From Hemiscyllium ocellatum (Eukaryota), in NCBI RefSeq assembly GCF_020745735.1, contig NC_083448.1, positions 20,859,976-20,894,005 of the forward strand: DNA of 34,030 nt. The letters run 5' to 3'. Below the pieces are notes generated by a model that saw only the letters and a program-made list of their open reading frames with translations, had not been told where the DNA came from and searched no databases. The position numbers and the translations under genes were made by a program. Positions 20,300-32,744 of this stretch are shown here, piece by piece (the first letter of the stretch is position 1; each line of letters opens with the position of its first letter).

Positions 20300-20540
20300 A
20301 AACAAACGAGACTGAATGTGCTGGAAGAGCTGAGCAGGTTTAGCCATGCCTACGGCGAGAGGAACCAAGTTCACATTTCCAGTCCAGTCTGGTTCTTCTT
20401 GTGAACTCTACCGTCACACTACACTCACACATTAACTTTGTTTCACTCTCCACAGATGCTGTCTGACCTGCTGCGCTTCTCCAGCACTTGCTGCTTTTTT
20501 TATTCAGCTTTCCAGCATCTGCTGGATATTCTCATTTTAT
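20300..20540. mobile_element. Inverted pair of PLE-type terminal remnants
   Basis: GTGCTGGAAGAGCTGAGCAGGT (~20318) is the near reverse complement of ACCTGCTGCGCTTCTCCAGCAC (~20467). Confidence 0.55.
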
Positions 20541-20579
20541 TCCATTGAGATTGCCACTAGGGCTGGATCGATCTCTTAC

Positions 20580-20659
20580 CCGGTTAGCTTCTGCCACTCG
20601 CTGGGCTGTGTAGAAATCAGCATCTGCTCGAGCCTTCTCCCGCGCGACAAACACACCAT
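20580..20659 (-). CDS. ERLIN2: ERLIN2 coding exon 10 (DGVFVAREKARADADFYTAQRVAEANR)
   Basis: 80 nt; TAG acceptor; GTAAG donor. Confidence 0.92.
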
Positions 20660-21066
20660 CTAGCCGAGAAAGAGAGACAGAGAGAGGGAGGGGGAGAGGG
20701 AGATGGAGATCAGGACATTGCCACTCAGTTCAGTTTGTCCTTACTTCCTCCCAAGTCATTGATCCCATCTGACTCCTTCTCTTAGCAATCACACTCAAAT
20801 GTCTGAGTTTCTCGCTCCCACTCGAAGCCCCTGTTCCACAGCCCTTCAGGGTGGCGGGGTGGGAAGGCAGAGCCTGGGAGAGCCAGGGAACCATCCACAC
20901 CTCGCACATACCAACATCAGTCGTTCATTATAACCATGAGAAATACAGATTTCAGAGGGACATGATGTCTCCACAAGTGAGTATCTGCTCAATATGATAT
21001 CGGATCATGTAGGAAACTAGTTGATTGGATGGGGTGCCTGCAGGAAATCACAGGAGAAACACTCAC

Positions 21067-21156
21067 CTTCAATCTCAGATATTCTCTTCTCCGTTTCCTT
21101 CTCCATTATCATCTGGGCAAATTTAATCTCAGCCACTTGAGCCACCTTCTCTGCCT
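21067..21156 (-). CDS. ERLIN2: ERLIN2 coding exon 9 ([30 protein letters not shown])
   Basis: 90 nt; CAG acceptor; G|GTGAGT donor. Confidence 0.93.
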
Positions 21157-22927
21157 CTGGAAAATGTAAACCCAAGGTCCACATTACAACCCAGTGACAA
21201 GCTCCTGACAGAAATACTTCAACCTGCAGGTCAACACCAGCAGTGGCTAAGACATACTCATTAGGTACAGGACGTGGAGACAGTCAAACCAGGTCAGTAC
21301 CTCACAATGAAGATGGGGCAGGAAGAACAGGGAGTTCTAAACTGAAATGGAAGAAAATAAAACACTTTTACACATCTCAGGACACGAATGTTTGGTCTGG
21401 TTGGAGCCTGTTACTGAGTTAGCCAATATGACACCTTTCCTGGTGACAAAGTTCACAGAGTGATCAGTCAGAAAGTTCAAAGTCCATTCCTCAGCTGTCT
21501 CTCCCCCCCCACAAACATATTAAAACATAATTCCACCACATCCCATTCTGAGGTGTGAAACAACAGGAATTGAATGAATGACAGAGGTGTTATGACTGGG
21601 TGACCAAGGCACTGGGAATGTGCACAGTCAGAGCAGTTTGGCTGAAGCTGGTGACTATAACAAGGAGCTGCCGTGAAACAGGAACATGACACCATCACTC
21701 AGCAAGTGGCGATTCCCTCGGAAAGGTGCCCTGTGCTTTGGACTGAGAAAGGTTCGATAGCACAAGCCTCGGTCTTTCTGTCAGTGTCTCACAGAGAAAC
21801 AGTCAGCTTCCCGCCCTGAAAAGCAGAGCCAGACCCAGGCTGGAATGTGGCTCATATCCCAAGGAAAACAGAAATCCCACTCAGTTTCCGAGAATTCTTC
21901 AGCAAGCAGCTCCAGAGAAATAATTAAAAATAGCTGGAGGAAACCAAAGAAGGGTTTGACTGTTTGTAAAAGGTTCTGAAACCATGAGCTCTGTGAGACG
22001 GCAATCTCCAGAGACCTGCAGCTTGGGATTTATTCAATACAGTCAATCCATCAATATGCAGGCACATGGTTTGGGAACACAGAGTATACCACTGAACACA
22101 GTCCCAGTATGGAACTTGTCCTAAGCTGCAGACATATGTGAGGAGACGTGTGTGGGCAGGGGAAGGAAAGGACAGAGGCAAACAGGAAGCACTGAAGTGG
22201 AAAGTAAACAGGTGAGGATATGAGAACAGCCAATCGGGAGGGGAAGTTCTGGTAGACACTGGAAGTTAACACAGTAATGCAGCTATGAATGAATAGGCAG
22301 GAATAAGTGCTAACAAGAGCAGCTATGAGACGGGTGGTGGGGAGGAGATTACCACTCCAGAGAGCAGGCACAGCTGCAGACAGCCCAGAGCTTTGGAGTC
22401 AGGAGCCAAGGGGCTAAACTCCTGCTCTTTGTTTCTTTCAGTAAATCCCAACCTGGGATTCCCCACCCTACACAGAACAAGCTGGCTCATTCAGTGTGAC
22501 CTTCAACCCCTCATGACCCTTAGCCCCAGTATGACCCCACATGCCCATCACAATCCTCAGTCCCACTTTTGTACCATCATGTACCCAACATCCAGTCACT
22601 AACTGCTCTCTATTTAGCAGAAGACAGCTCCTTGGATGTTCTTGTGTCAATCAAGTACACAGCTTGGAGTTTATATAACAAACCTAACTGGTATTTAATG
22701 AGATCTGATTCACTGCTATAATCCTCCTTTTACCAGAGAAAGGCCATGACTTGGAGAGGATGCCAGGTGCCTTTTACACTGACACTGCTTTAACTCCTAC
22801 CAGGTCTCCAACACAATGGTCAACAGGAACTTCCTTAGTTTTCAGCCATTCCCTGCCTGATATCTGAACACTGTAACATACTGAGCAGGTCTGTCAGGTT
22901 CCTTCAGCTGCTTCGAGAACTTCCAAA

Positions 22928-23258
22928 GGGTAGCACAGTGCCTCAGTGGTTAGCACTGCTGCCTCTCAGTACCAGGGACACAGGTTCGATTCCAGCCTCA
23001 GGCGACTCTCTGTGTGGGGTTTGCACATTCTCCCCGTGTCTGCGTGGGTTTCCAACGGGTGCTCCAGTTTCCTCCCACAGTCCAAAGATGTGGGGATTAG
23101 GTGAATTGTCCATGCTAAATTTTCCCATAGTGTTCAGGGGTGTGTAGGTTAGGTGCATTGGTCAAGGGTAAATATAGGGTTGGGGAATAGGTCTAAGTGG
23201 GTTACTCTTTGGAGGGTCGGTGTGGACTTATTGGGCGAAAAAGAGATTCTATGAATTC
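22928..23258 (+). mobile_element. Near full-length HE1-like SINE
   Basis: A-box-like GTGCCTCAGTGG, B box GGTTCGATTCC, conserved core and GATTCTATGA tail. Confidence 0.85.
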
Positions 23259-23412
23259 AAAGCTCTTCAAAACAAAGGTACACAGCTGCTTAGCCACTCC
23301 ATGTCTCATATTCCCAACAGACAGCGACAGACCCAAACTGGATTGCAACATGGGGTCAACGTGGCACAGAGAAAGGTCATTCAGCCCATCGAGACCCAGC
23401 AAAACCGAGTCA

Positions 23413-23607
<195 letters not shown>

Positions 23608-23829
23608 TCAGCAGCTGTATTCTCTACCAGCCAGCCAGACAGGACCAAACCTCCCCCCCACATCACACCCTCCGCCTAGGAACACCACACAGACTTCACA
23701 CAAGTCTCTCAGTGTAAATCAATCGAAACGTTTAAAACAATCAAGGTATTTCCCCGAGTACAGGTAGAATAAATGCTGCCTCTGGTGGAGGAGTCAATAC
23801 CAAGGGGACATGAACTGATGTGGAATCGA

Positions 23830-24120
23830 CGTCTGGTGATAATATTACTGGGCATGATGTGTAATTCAGGCACCCTGAATTAATGTCTGAGAAACAGGTC
23901 CCTCCACATCAGCTGGAGGAGCTTCAATCCAGGAGGAAAACTCAAATTAAATACTATTATAATTTATAATGAGTACGACACCACCAGATTGTTGGAAAAG
24001 ATGTTGGGTTCACTGATGCCCTTCAGGGAAGGAAAGCTGCTGCTTCCTGACTTCAGACTCACAGGCTTGTGGCTGACTTTTCAACGCTCTCTGAAATGGC
24101 TTAACAGCTCATTTAGCACT
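23830..24120 (+). mobile_element. Decayed tRNA-headed SINE-like repeat (family shared with 10830-11110 and 31920-32270)
   Basis: GGTTCACTGATGCCCTTCAGGGAAGGAAA...GACTTCAGAC...TGTGGCTGACT...CTCTGAAATGGC block common to the three copies. Confidence 0.6.
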
Positions 24121-24124
24121 CCAC

Positions 24125-24630
24125 CTTCCAGAGGGATGTTACTGGAAGCAGCTCAGAAAAGATTTCCAGGACCCATTCCTGAAATGAGCAGTTTACCTCA
24201 CGTTGAAAGGCTGCACAGGATAAGTCTGTCACCTCGAGAGTTTAAAAGGATCAGAGATGATTTAATTGAAACATTCAGGATGCTGAGGGGACTTGACTGG
24301 GTCAATGTTAAAAGGAGATTCCCTCTTGTGAGAGAATCTACAGTGAGGGGTCAGAGCTTAAAAATAATGGGGTGCACATATTTAACACGAAGATGAGGAA
24401 ACATTTCCTCTTTCGGAGGGTGGAGTGTCTTTGGACTCCCTCAAAACAGAGCGGATGCTAAACCTTAGAAGGTATGGGGAGATAGATTCTCAATTACCGA
24501 GGGGATGAATGGTTCTTGGGGATATGCAGAGATGTCGAATTGAGGCTAAAATCAGATCAGCCATGATCTTAGCAAATAGAGGAGCAGGCTACAACAGCTG
24601 AGCAGACAGCTCTTGCTCATCGTTCAAATA
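24125..24630 (+). mobile_element. CR1/L2-type LINE 3' fragment
   Basis: LEAAQKRF...ERLHRI.L...RIRDDLIETFRML RT-tail motif plus 3' UTR (AGATCAGCCATGATCT). Confidence 0.75.
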
Positions 24631-24710
24631 TTTGTGGAATCTTGCTGTTGATCAGAGGCTGCTGCATTGCCTGTACTATAACTATTCGAGTGAACAGTCA
24701 GTCTACATTC

Positions 24711-24945
24711 AGTTAAAAATCACACAACACCAGGTGAGAGTGCAACAGGTTAATGTGGAAGCACTAGCTTTCCGAACACTGCTCTTTCATCAGGTAGCTA
24801 GTTCCAAAGGAATGATTCATTCCCTGATGAAGGAACAGCGCTCTGAAAGCTAGTGCTTCCACATAAACCTGTTGGACTATACTGTGGTGTAGTGTGCTTT
24901 TTAACATTGTCCACCCCCAGTCCAACACCAGCACCTCCACATCAT
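24711..24945. mobile_element. Inverted pair of Penelope pseudo-LTRs, each with a minimal hammerhead motif
   Basis: Arms 24711-24794 and 24823-24905 are imperfect reverse complements; both contain CTGATGA..GAAA-GCTA-GTG. Confidence 0.8.
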
Positions 24946-25152
24946 GGCTGTATTCAGACTGTGTCACCCTCCCTGTGTGAGTGAACAGTTGGGGCCATGT
25001 TATAGCTGAATGTTTGGTTGTGGTTGGATATCTCTCGAAGGTGGGGGGGCAATTGAAGCTTTGGCAGAATGGAGACCTTCCCTCAGTCTCAGAGTGAGAG
25101 CTGGGTTGATTTACAGGGATTGCTGCATCCTCGTGGAGTTCCCCAGACTCAC

Positions 25153-25211
25153 ATTAACTCGTAGTTCCTGCGAATGGTTTCTGGAATGTTGGGTTTGGTC
25201 ACTCTGACGGC
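25153..25211 (-). CDS. ERLIN2: ERLIN2 coding exon 7 (AVRVTKPNIPETIRRNYELM)
   Basis: 59 nt; TAG acceptor; GTGAGT donor. Confidence 0.93.
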
Positions 25212-25571
25212 CTACGGAGGAATCACAAATAGCAGCCAGGGTTAATTCCACAGTGTCTGACCACGATGGGATGTGACATCGAGATGTACAACAAGAGGAG
25301 AAACAAACTGACAAGANNNNNNNNNNNNNNNNNNNNNNNNNNNNNNNNNNNNNNNNNNNNNNNNNNNNNNNNNNNNNNNNNNNNNNNNNNNNNNNNNNNN
25401 NNNNNNNNNNNNNNNNNNNNNNNNNNNNNNNNNNNNNNNNNNNNNNGGCTCCCAATTCAACACGAGATTCCCCCGTTAGTTCGGTTCCAGCTCCCCCAAC
25501 AAGCTGGCATTGCTGGATTTCCGATCGGACCAACCCAATTCCATCAGTTAAAACAGTGAAGACAAACTCAC

Positions 25572-25645
25572 GTGGATGATCAGACCTGGAGCCATGGCTG
25601 TTAAATCTTGCTGTAGTGCCAACTTCAGGTCCTCGTCTATCCGAT
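25572..25645 (-). CDS. ERLIN2: ERLIN2 coding exon 6 (DRIDEDLKLALQQDLTAMAPGLIIH)
   Basis: 74 nt; CAG acceptor; GTGAG donor. Confidence 0.93.
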
Positions 25646-25959
25646 CTGATAAGACAAGAAGCCAGGCTCACCAGCAGCACTCTGCACACTTGGTGCCAAG
25701 CCAGACCCCCAAATCCTACAACAATTCAGAACCACCCAGAAGGCCACTCAGCCCATCATGCTTACACCAACCCATGAAAACAGCTCCCTTACCTTCGGCC
25801 AATCTCTGGCTTTCCCCCAAACCCTTGCACAGTTTTGTTTTCTAACTAACTATCTAATGTCCATCCCATTTCCAGGTAGTGTTACCCAGAGCCTGACCCA
25901 AGCGAAGGAGGATTTCCTCACTTCCTAACCATCGAGAGAACTGCACATGCTATAAATCA

Positions 25960-26333
<374 letters not shown>

Positions 26334-26624
26334 TCAAACAAATGACAGCGTTCAAACCACAACGCTTTGAAGACACCTCAGTAAAATGCATCAACTGCAG
26401 GCTCCAGAGGCACTGGTGTGAGACATGAAAGATTCACCACGTTGGCCCAAGAGTTGGCAGCATGTAGCAAACAGGAAAGACTGATCAGGCCTCCACTCCA
26501 TTCCCTAAAAAACGAGAAGGCTGAAGTGTCACCTGATCAATACCTTCAAAATAATAAACCCTTACTTCAATAGGTACAGAAAACAGACCTTCACCCTGTC
26601 GTAGCTTGGAGACTATTACATTGG

Positions 26625-27335
26625 GGAAGGTTCAGCAAAGATTTGCCTGGAAGATACTGAAATTGGAGGGTTTGAGTTATAAGGAGAGGCTGGATAGGGC
26701 CGGTACTTTTTCCACTGGAGTCTCGCAGGTTGAGAGGTGACCTGATAGAGGTTTATAAAATCATGAGGGGCAGAGATAAGGTGAATAGCAAAACTCTTTT
26801 CCCTAGAGTGGAGGAGTTCAAAACTCGAGGGCATAACTTTTAGGGTGGGAGGAGAAAGATTTTGAAAACACATGAACATAAAACAGTACAGGCCCTTTGG
26901 CCCTCGATGTCATGCTGACTGTATCCTGACGTTGATCTCACTCTAAGATCAGACTAACTGACATAACCTTCATTTTACTATCTTCCATGAGCCTATCCAA
27001 GAGTCGCTTACATGTCCCTAATGCCTCTAACTCTACGTCCTCTGCTGGCAGTGCATTCCATACACTCGTCACTCTGTGTGAAGAACCACCCTGTGTCATC
27101 TCCCTGTACATTTAAGGTGACTGCAGGAAGGTATGAGGGGCAAGGTTTTACACAGAGAATGGTTAGTGTGTAGAATGAACTGCCAGAGGAAGTGGTGGAT
27201 GGGGGTACAGTCACAATGTTAACACAACATTTGGTTAAGTACATGAACGGGAAAGGTTTGGGGGGAACGTGGATGGCACGGACTGGTTGGGCCAAGGGAT
27301 CTATTTCCAAACTGTATGTTTCTGTGATTCTACAA
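26625..27335 (+). mobile_element. CR1 3' fragment interrupted by an opposite-strand CR1 3' end (~26868-27110)
   Basis: LRGDLIEVYKIMRG.DKV motif; the inner piece is homologous to 5145-5345. Confidence 0.8.
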
Positions 27336-28264
27336 CACAGAGTGAAGTTATAAATATATGATCATAAATAAACCAAATGGGAACACAGCAGAAACCTGTT
27401 TCTGACCCAGGGATTGGAAGTACACAGGACAGGCAGTGCTTGCAATGAACAGCACAGATGGTCCTACAGAGAGGCCAGATAAACACCAGTAAAAATCAAA
27501 CACAATCCAAAGATGTGGAAAGTTAAAGGGATTTGCTGTAGGGAACAGTTTACAGGGATAGCGAAAGGGAGTGGGTCTTGGGCAGGGGGGGTAGCACCTA
27601 GGTGGAATGCTCTTCAGAGGGTTAGTGCAGACTGAATGGGCCGAATGGTCTCTTTCTGCACTGTTGGGATTCTATGATTTTATGACTATTTGATGACCAT
27701 GAGCTGTTCTCTCTGTACAGTTTAAAAACAACTCATTGCTGGTGTCTAGTGGCTGGAACCTGCTACTACAAGGAAGGTGGATAGAGCCACTTCTCAGACC
27801 AAGTGACCACAGCCGGAGATCTACAGTCCCTTTCACAACACCCAACATCCCAAAGCCAGAGAGACAACGAGTCTGATAAGGATACACTAGGACAGCTGCT
27901 CCAAGGCTCGGTCAAACATAAACCTGAAGGAGGGAATGCCATTGCAGGAGGGCAGAGAGGGGGAGAGGCTTTCAGAGGGGAATCCTTGGCCTCCAGTGGG
28001 AGCAGAGTGAAAATCCAGAACTGGAGGAGGGCTATGGGACTGCAGGAGGTGACAGAGACCAGGAGGAGCACAGGCGGGAAGTTTCACATGGGGTGGTCGT
28101 GGTCAGAACCAGGGTGAGACTCAGTGTAGAGGAGGAACCAGGCTTCAGGTCACTGGAGGGAGGAGATGGGAAGGCTGGTGGAGCAGACTGCTCACACAGT
28201 GCAGCCACAAAGTGACAAAGCAGCAATGGGACCAGTCCAGCGATTCCACTGCACAGTTCCTTAC

Positions 28265-28326
28265 CTGCACTTGGAATGAGGAAATTCACCACTTCAATCC
28301 TGTCAAAGTAGATCATGACACCACCA
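28265..28326 (-). CDS. ERLIN2: ERLIN2 coding exon 4 (GGVMIYFDRIEVVNFLIPSA)
   Basis: 62 nt; CAG acceptor; G|GTAAG donor. Confidence 0.94.
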
Positions 28327-29010
28327 CTGGCAGGGACAAAGAACAAAGAACCAGAGTCAGCACACCGCAGTTTGACAAACTTCCCATTTGTGAGCTGAGG
28401 CCTGATTTCACGATGGATTCGAAAGCAGCCTGTACTGCTCGGGATACCGTCAGAGCTAAACGACAACTGAGCAATTCTCAAACTTCGACATAAAACGCAA
28501 TCACTGAACCAACTGGGTGAATGGCTGGAGTATTAAGGACTCCTCCTCAGCAATAGGGGAGTTTACAGACTCCTCTCTTCAGAGGCTGCCTCTATATGGA
28601 ACATCAGTACACCAGAGAGTCTAGGTTAGGGAGAAACACACAGCCTTTAAAACAGCCTGCAGTTCATTTCACATTCAACAAAAGGACATTCCCTCAGGAG
28701 ACAGAGTCTCCCGGGAAGTGAAATTGTCCACGGGACCAAGTCTGCTAGACTGCCTGCCAGATTACTCACAAATACCCCTGAAACAGTCACACAGGAAACT
28801 GGTCCTTACTGTATCTCAACAGCTGACCAAAAAACACAGAGCTGAAGCTGAAGTGAGGAAATGGGGCTTATTGGCTATTTACACAGAAGCTGCTCACATT
28901 TCTAGGTAAGGACAGAGGCAGGCCCGTGTGCAATGAAACTACCCCCTCTCTTGGTTCCAGTTGGATAATCAGGTGACATAGGAGAGCGAACAAGACAAAC
29001 ACACAATTAC

Positions 29011-29057
29011 CTTGTGCCACAAGGGACATTTTTTACTTCATCTGTCTGCACTGTATT
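29011..29057 (-). CDS. ERLIN2: ERLIN2 coding exon 3 (NTVQTDEVKNVPCGTS)
   Basis: 47 nt; CAG acceptor; AG|GTAA donor; conserved QTDEVKNVPCGT. Confidence 0.93.
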
Positions 29058-29661
29058 CTGAAAGACAAAGGGTTGGTTAAGACTTGAATCACTTTTGAAA
29101 AAGGCAGAAGAGTTCATCACTGAACACATCAGGCATGGAATAACAGCATCACTTAGCCAGACAAGGCTTCGATAAGGAAAGGCAGATTCCAACAACAAAC
29201 CACACAAGCTAGGTCCACCTGAGAGAGAGTGTGTACAGAGTATAATCAGAGTCAAGGGGCTTCCCTGAAGGAAGAGAAGGTGCTCTAACAGAGATGTTAA
29301 AAACAGTGAAAGGGTTTTCCAGATTAAGCCAGGACAACTGTATCACCACCAGGAAAGTTAAACACGGATTTGGTTGGGAAAACAACCAGAGCTGAGATCT
29401 GAAGAGTTTTATTCATGCAGCGAGCTGCAATGTGCAATACTGTGTCTGATTCAACAGCTACTTCCACAGGGAAATGAGATAAACACTTGGAAAAGAACAA
29501 ACACACAGCGACGTAGAGAAAGGTGTTGGCTAAACAAATTCAGAAAAGGGTGGACACAGGATCGATGGGAGTGTGAGAAATTGTAATGCATAGCACAGAC
29601 TTGTGGCATTGCTCAGCACAGTTCAAACATTGTGTGTCTGTAACATGGCAAAAAAACCCAC

Positions 29662-29743
29662 CTGTACAGCTTTGAAAGTGGTGATAAAGGGCAGCATGAG
29701 ATGGAATCCTGGACCACTCGTTGCCTTTAATAATGCTCCACCC
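29662..29743 (-). CDS. ERLIN2: ERLIN2 coding exon 2 ([27 protein letters not shown])
   Basis: 82 nt; TAG acceptor; CAG|GTGGG donor; matches the erlin SPFH N-terminal region. Confidence 0.93.
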
Positions 29744-30199
29744 CTAAGAAACAATCAGAAGGGACAATCAGAGAGCAGGGGAACTCTGTACTTATCACAA
29801 ACTCAAAGGCAGTTTCAATGCAGATTTCCTGATAGATATTAACCTCCTGGGGTGATGTGAACCGAACCCACACAGTGGGTTTGAGAAGGTGACCTGTTTT
29901 ACGCTCTGTCTGATTTTAAAGCTGAGTACTGTGTAATGATTGGAAATACTCTGCAGAGACAGTACCAGACCTGCTGAGACAAAGATACTGACAGATAGAC
30001 AGACTAATGTTTGAAACAGCGTTAATGTTTGAGCTCAATGAGACTTGGTCAGAAGTGGAGACATATTGAGGTGCTGCAGGTTGTAATTAATACAGGGAAA
30101 GGATGCAGAAGCAGGGACTGTGTGATAGAATTCAAGGCAGGAAAGATTGTAATAATAAGCAGGGTGAAGGTGAAAGGAGATGTTTATAGCAACAGTGAG

Positions 30200-30420
30200 G
30201 AAACAAGACGTGGGGCTAGAGAACACGTCAATGGAAGAAACAGAGACGTCATCACCACAAACTAAAATAGAAAGTAGGAAACACCAGCAGTACTTCATCT
30301 GGAGGCTCACTGAAGATGTTACCTGGTATGGTGACAAAACGTCTGAAAATGAACCTTCCAGCTCAGTGAGCAAACCTACATCCAGAACCTCAACCTGAGC
30401 TACAAACCTTCTCAAAACTC
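30200..30420 (+). mobile_element. PLE-type terminal repeat with a hammerhead motif (30307-30346)
   Basis: TCA-CTGAAGA-T-GTTACC-TGGTAT-GGTGAC-AAAA-CGTC-TGA. Confidence 0.65.
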
Positions 30421-31469
30421 ACAACCACCAAATCTAGCAGAGTGGGAGCAGGGTTAAAGTAATCAGCAACTCAAAGCTAGGGTTCCTGCTGGAGGATGGG
30501 TGAAAATGTTCTGCAAAAGAGCCTCTGCCCACAACTCAGTCTGAGTTTGTCTCTTCATTGTTTGGGAGATCAGGCAGCACATTGGAAGCAGTGACCATTC
30601 AAAGAAATCACTCTTTCACCTGGAAGTAGTGGTGCTCAGGACCCTGGAGAGTGAAAAGGGACAAAGGAGGTTCAGCAGCACATGCAGGAAATGGAAATGA
30701 ACACACACTGAGCGAGCTGTTGACTAATGTGTGTGGGAAAGCTCAGCACAGGAAAAAGGAGGATCAAACTAGAACAGCATGCTGGCAGTGGGTTCACAAG
30801 GGCTGCTTGTTGCTATAAATAATAGACAGGAACAAAGGCAGACAAGTGAAAGCAGGGCAACGGGAGAGGCATGTGCTGCCAATCAACACAAGGGTGAGAA
30901 TGAGAAGGGATTTCCAGTGAGATCAGCAAAGGGCAGAGAGAGTCTGGAATGTAAGAGAGGTGGTAGTGCACGGGGTCAGGATCCAAGTCAGACAGGAGCA
31001 GAGGGATACAGATCCTTCAAAATTGGGCAAGAGGTTTCGACAGTGGATTTGGATCAGCTCAGGCTTAGAAGGCCAAAGGGCCGATCCCTGAGCTGTAAAT
31101 TGTCTTTGTTCCCACATTTTATGCAGAAGAGCAGACACAAGGACAACTCAGGACGGAGTTAGAAAACTGACTCCCATGCATTCCCATCACAGCACTTGGA
31201 GAATGAGGAAAGGGGAAGATGATTTTATTCAAGGTGGATTTTCTGACTGCTGCTGTGTATGCAGTTCCAAGCCCAGCGATGTAGTCTGGGAGATGCACAC
31301 TGTACACTGATGGTGCCTCTTTCCAAAGCACTCTGCAGCTCCCATGCTGACACCCAGGCGTTCAATTCTCTCTCTGACACACCATCATCAGACCTGAGTT
31401 ACACAACAGGGAGTGCGGAACAGCGCGAGAGAGAGACAGACAGACAGAGACAGAGACAGACAGTCTCAC

Positions 31470-31576
31470 CTGTAGTAAACAGCAATGTGGCCCTCTTCCA
31501 CCTTGTGTACAGAGGAGAAGATCATGGCAGTAAGAATGGCAGCAGCTACTGCCACAATGGAGCTGAGTTGGGCCAT
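31470..31576 (-). CDS. ERLIN2: ERLIN2 coding exon 1 (MAQLSSIVAVAAAILTAMIFSSVHKVEEGHIAVYYR); exon begins at 31586 with 10 nt of 5' UTR
   Basis: ATG at 31576; CAG acceptor at 31587-31589; AG|GTGAGA donor; hydrophobic N-terminal anchor. Confidence 0.93.
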
Positions 31577-31919
31577 TGCTGGAAACCTGTGGAATTACAG
31601 ATGTTGGAATAACATTTTCTCAGCAGTGCAGACCTAGACCATTCGTCTATGCCAGTGCTTATGCTCACTCATTAACTTCCTCCCACCCTCGAATATCATT
31701 GACTCCCTTGTGTTTGCCTTCAAACAAAACAATATGATTCATCTCAACTCCTCCTGGTGTTGTTCCAGACTGGCATCCCTCCAGGGGAAAGAGGCTTCAC
31801 CTCAGTTGCTGGTGTGATTTATTGATACCATCTTGTACTTAACAAGACATTTCTCCTTCAAACCTGTCAAACTCTTTCAACACTTCAAACACCTCGAAGC
31901 CTTTAACTGGAAGCATTTA

Positions 31920-32270
31920 ACCAGTGGTGATGTAACTTAACTATAAATCCAGAAACCCTGTTAATGTTCTGGGGTCCCAGATTCAAATCCCATCACACAT
32001 GACGGTGGTATATGAATGTAGTTTTAAAAATGTGCAATTAAAAACTGAACAATTGTTTTAAAAAGCTTTCCATTTCCAATGTCCTTTAGGGAAGGAGTTT
32101 GCTGTCTTTGCCTGGTGTGGCCTACACATGACTCCAGACCACAATCACATGGCTGACTGTGAATGGCCCTCTGAAATGGCTGAGAGAACCATTCAATTAC
32201 ATTGGAGGACCATTGGGGGATGAGAAATAAATGCAGGCTCAGCCAGCCATTCCCATATCCCAAGGGTGGG
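31920..32270 (+). mobile_element. tRNA-headed SINE-like repeat
   Basis: GTTCTGGGGTCCCAGATTCAAATCCC head homologous to 10885-10925; AATAAATGC tail. Confidence 0.65.
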
Positions 32271-32744
32271 AACAAACCCTTTGGTTTCTAAAGTACTGTC
32301 TCCTGTTCAATGTTTTTTGAGCGGTCTCATGTTCCACCATGACTTTTCTAAATCAGCTTCCTGTACCTCTTTCGCTAATTCCTTCAGATGAACCAGCAAA
32401 GGTTCACAGAAGCTTCACAACATTACTCTGCATTTTAATCTTTCACAACCAATCTCTCGGCTTTGCTGGATCACGACTGTCAGTGATTCCTGAAGACACT
32501 TTCTGATCCTATCGAGCAGCCACTACTTCCTTCAGATAGCACCAAGCACATCCTCAGGCAGCGAGCAACTGATTGCTGGCTTTGTGAAAGGGGGGGGCTC
32601 CCTGTGGGGCACCTGGCCTGGAGTGCACAGCAGGATCCCAGCAGGAGCTGCACCCTCCACCCCGAGACATGGTCAGGCCCTTATTCCTGGAGTGACCAGT
32701 GAGAGCTTGCAACCTCTTCCCTCCCTCAGTCCCTGACACTGTCT

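Noticed and set aside
21588-22879. Possible solo LTR (TGTTA...TAACA)
   Set aside because: No matching target-site duplication or internal hallmark that I could verify
22930-23000. tRNA gene (A/B boxes)
   Set aside because: tRNA-derived SINE head that continues into the SINE core; no cloverleaf or terminator
25111-25689. 192-aa - strand ORF across two ERLIN2 exons
   Set aside because: Crosses an N gap and does not reproduce the erlin peptide of those exons
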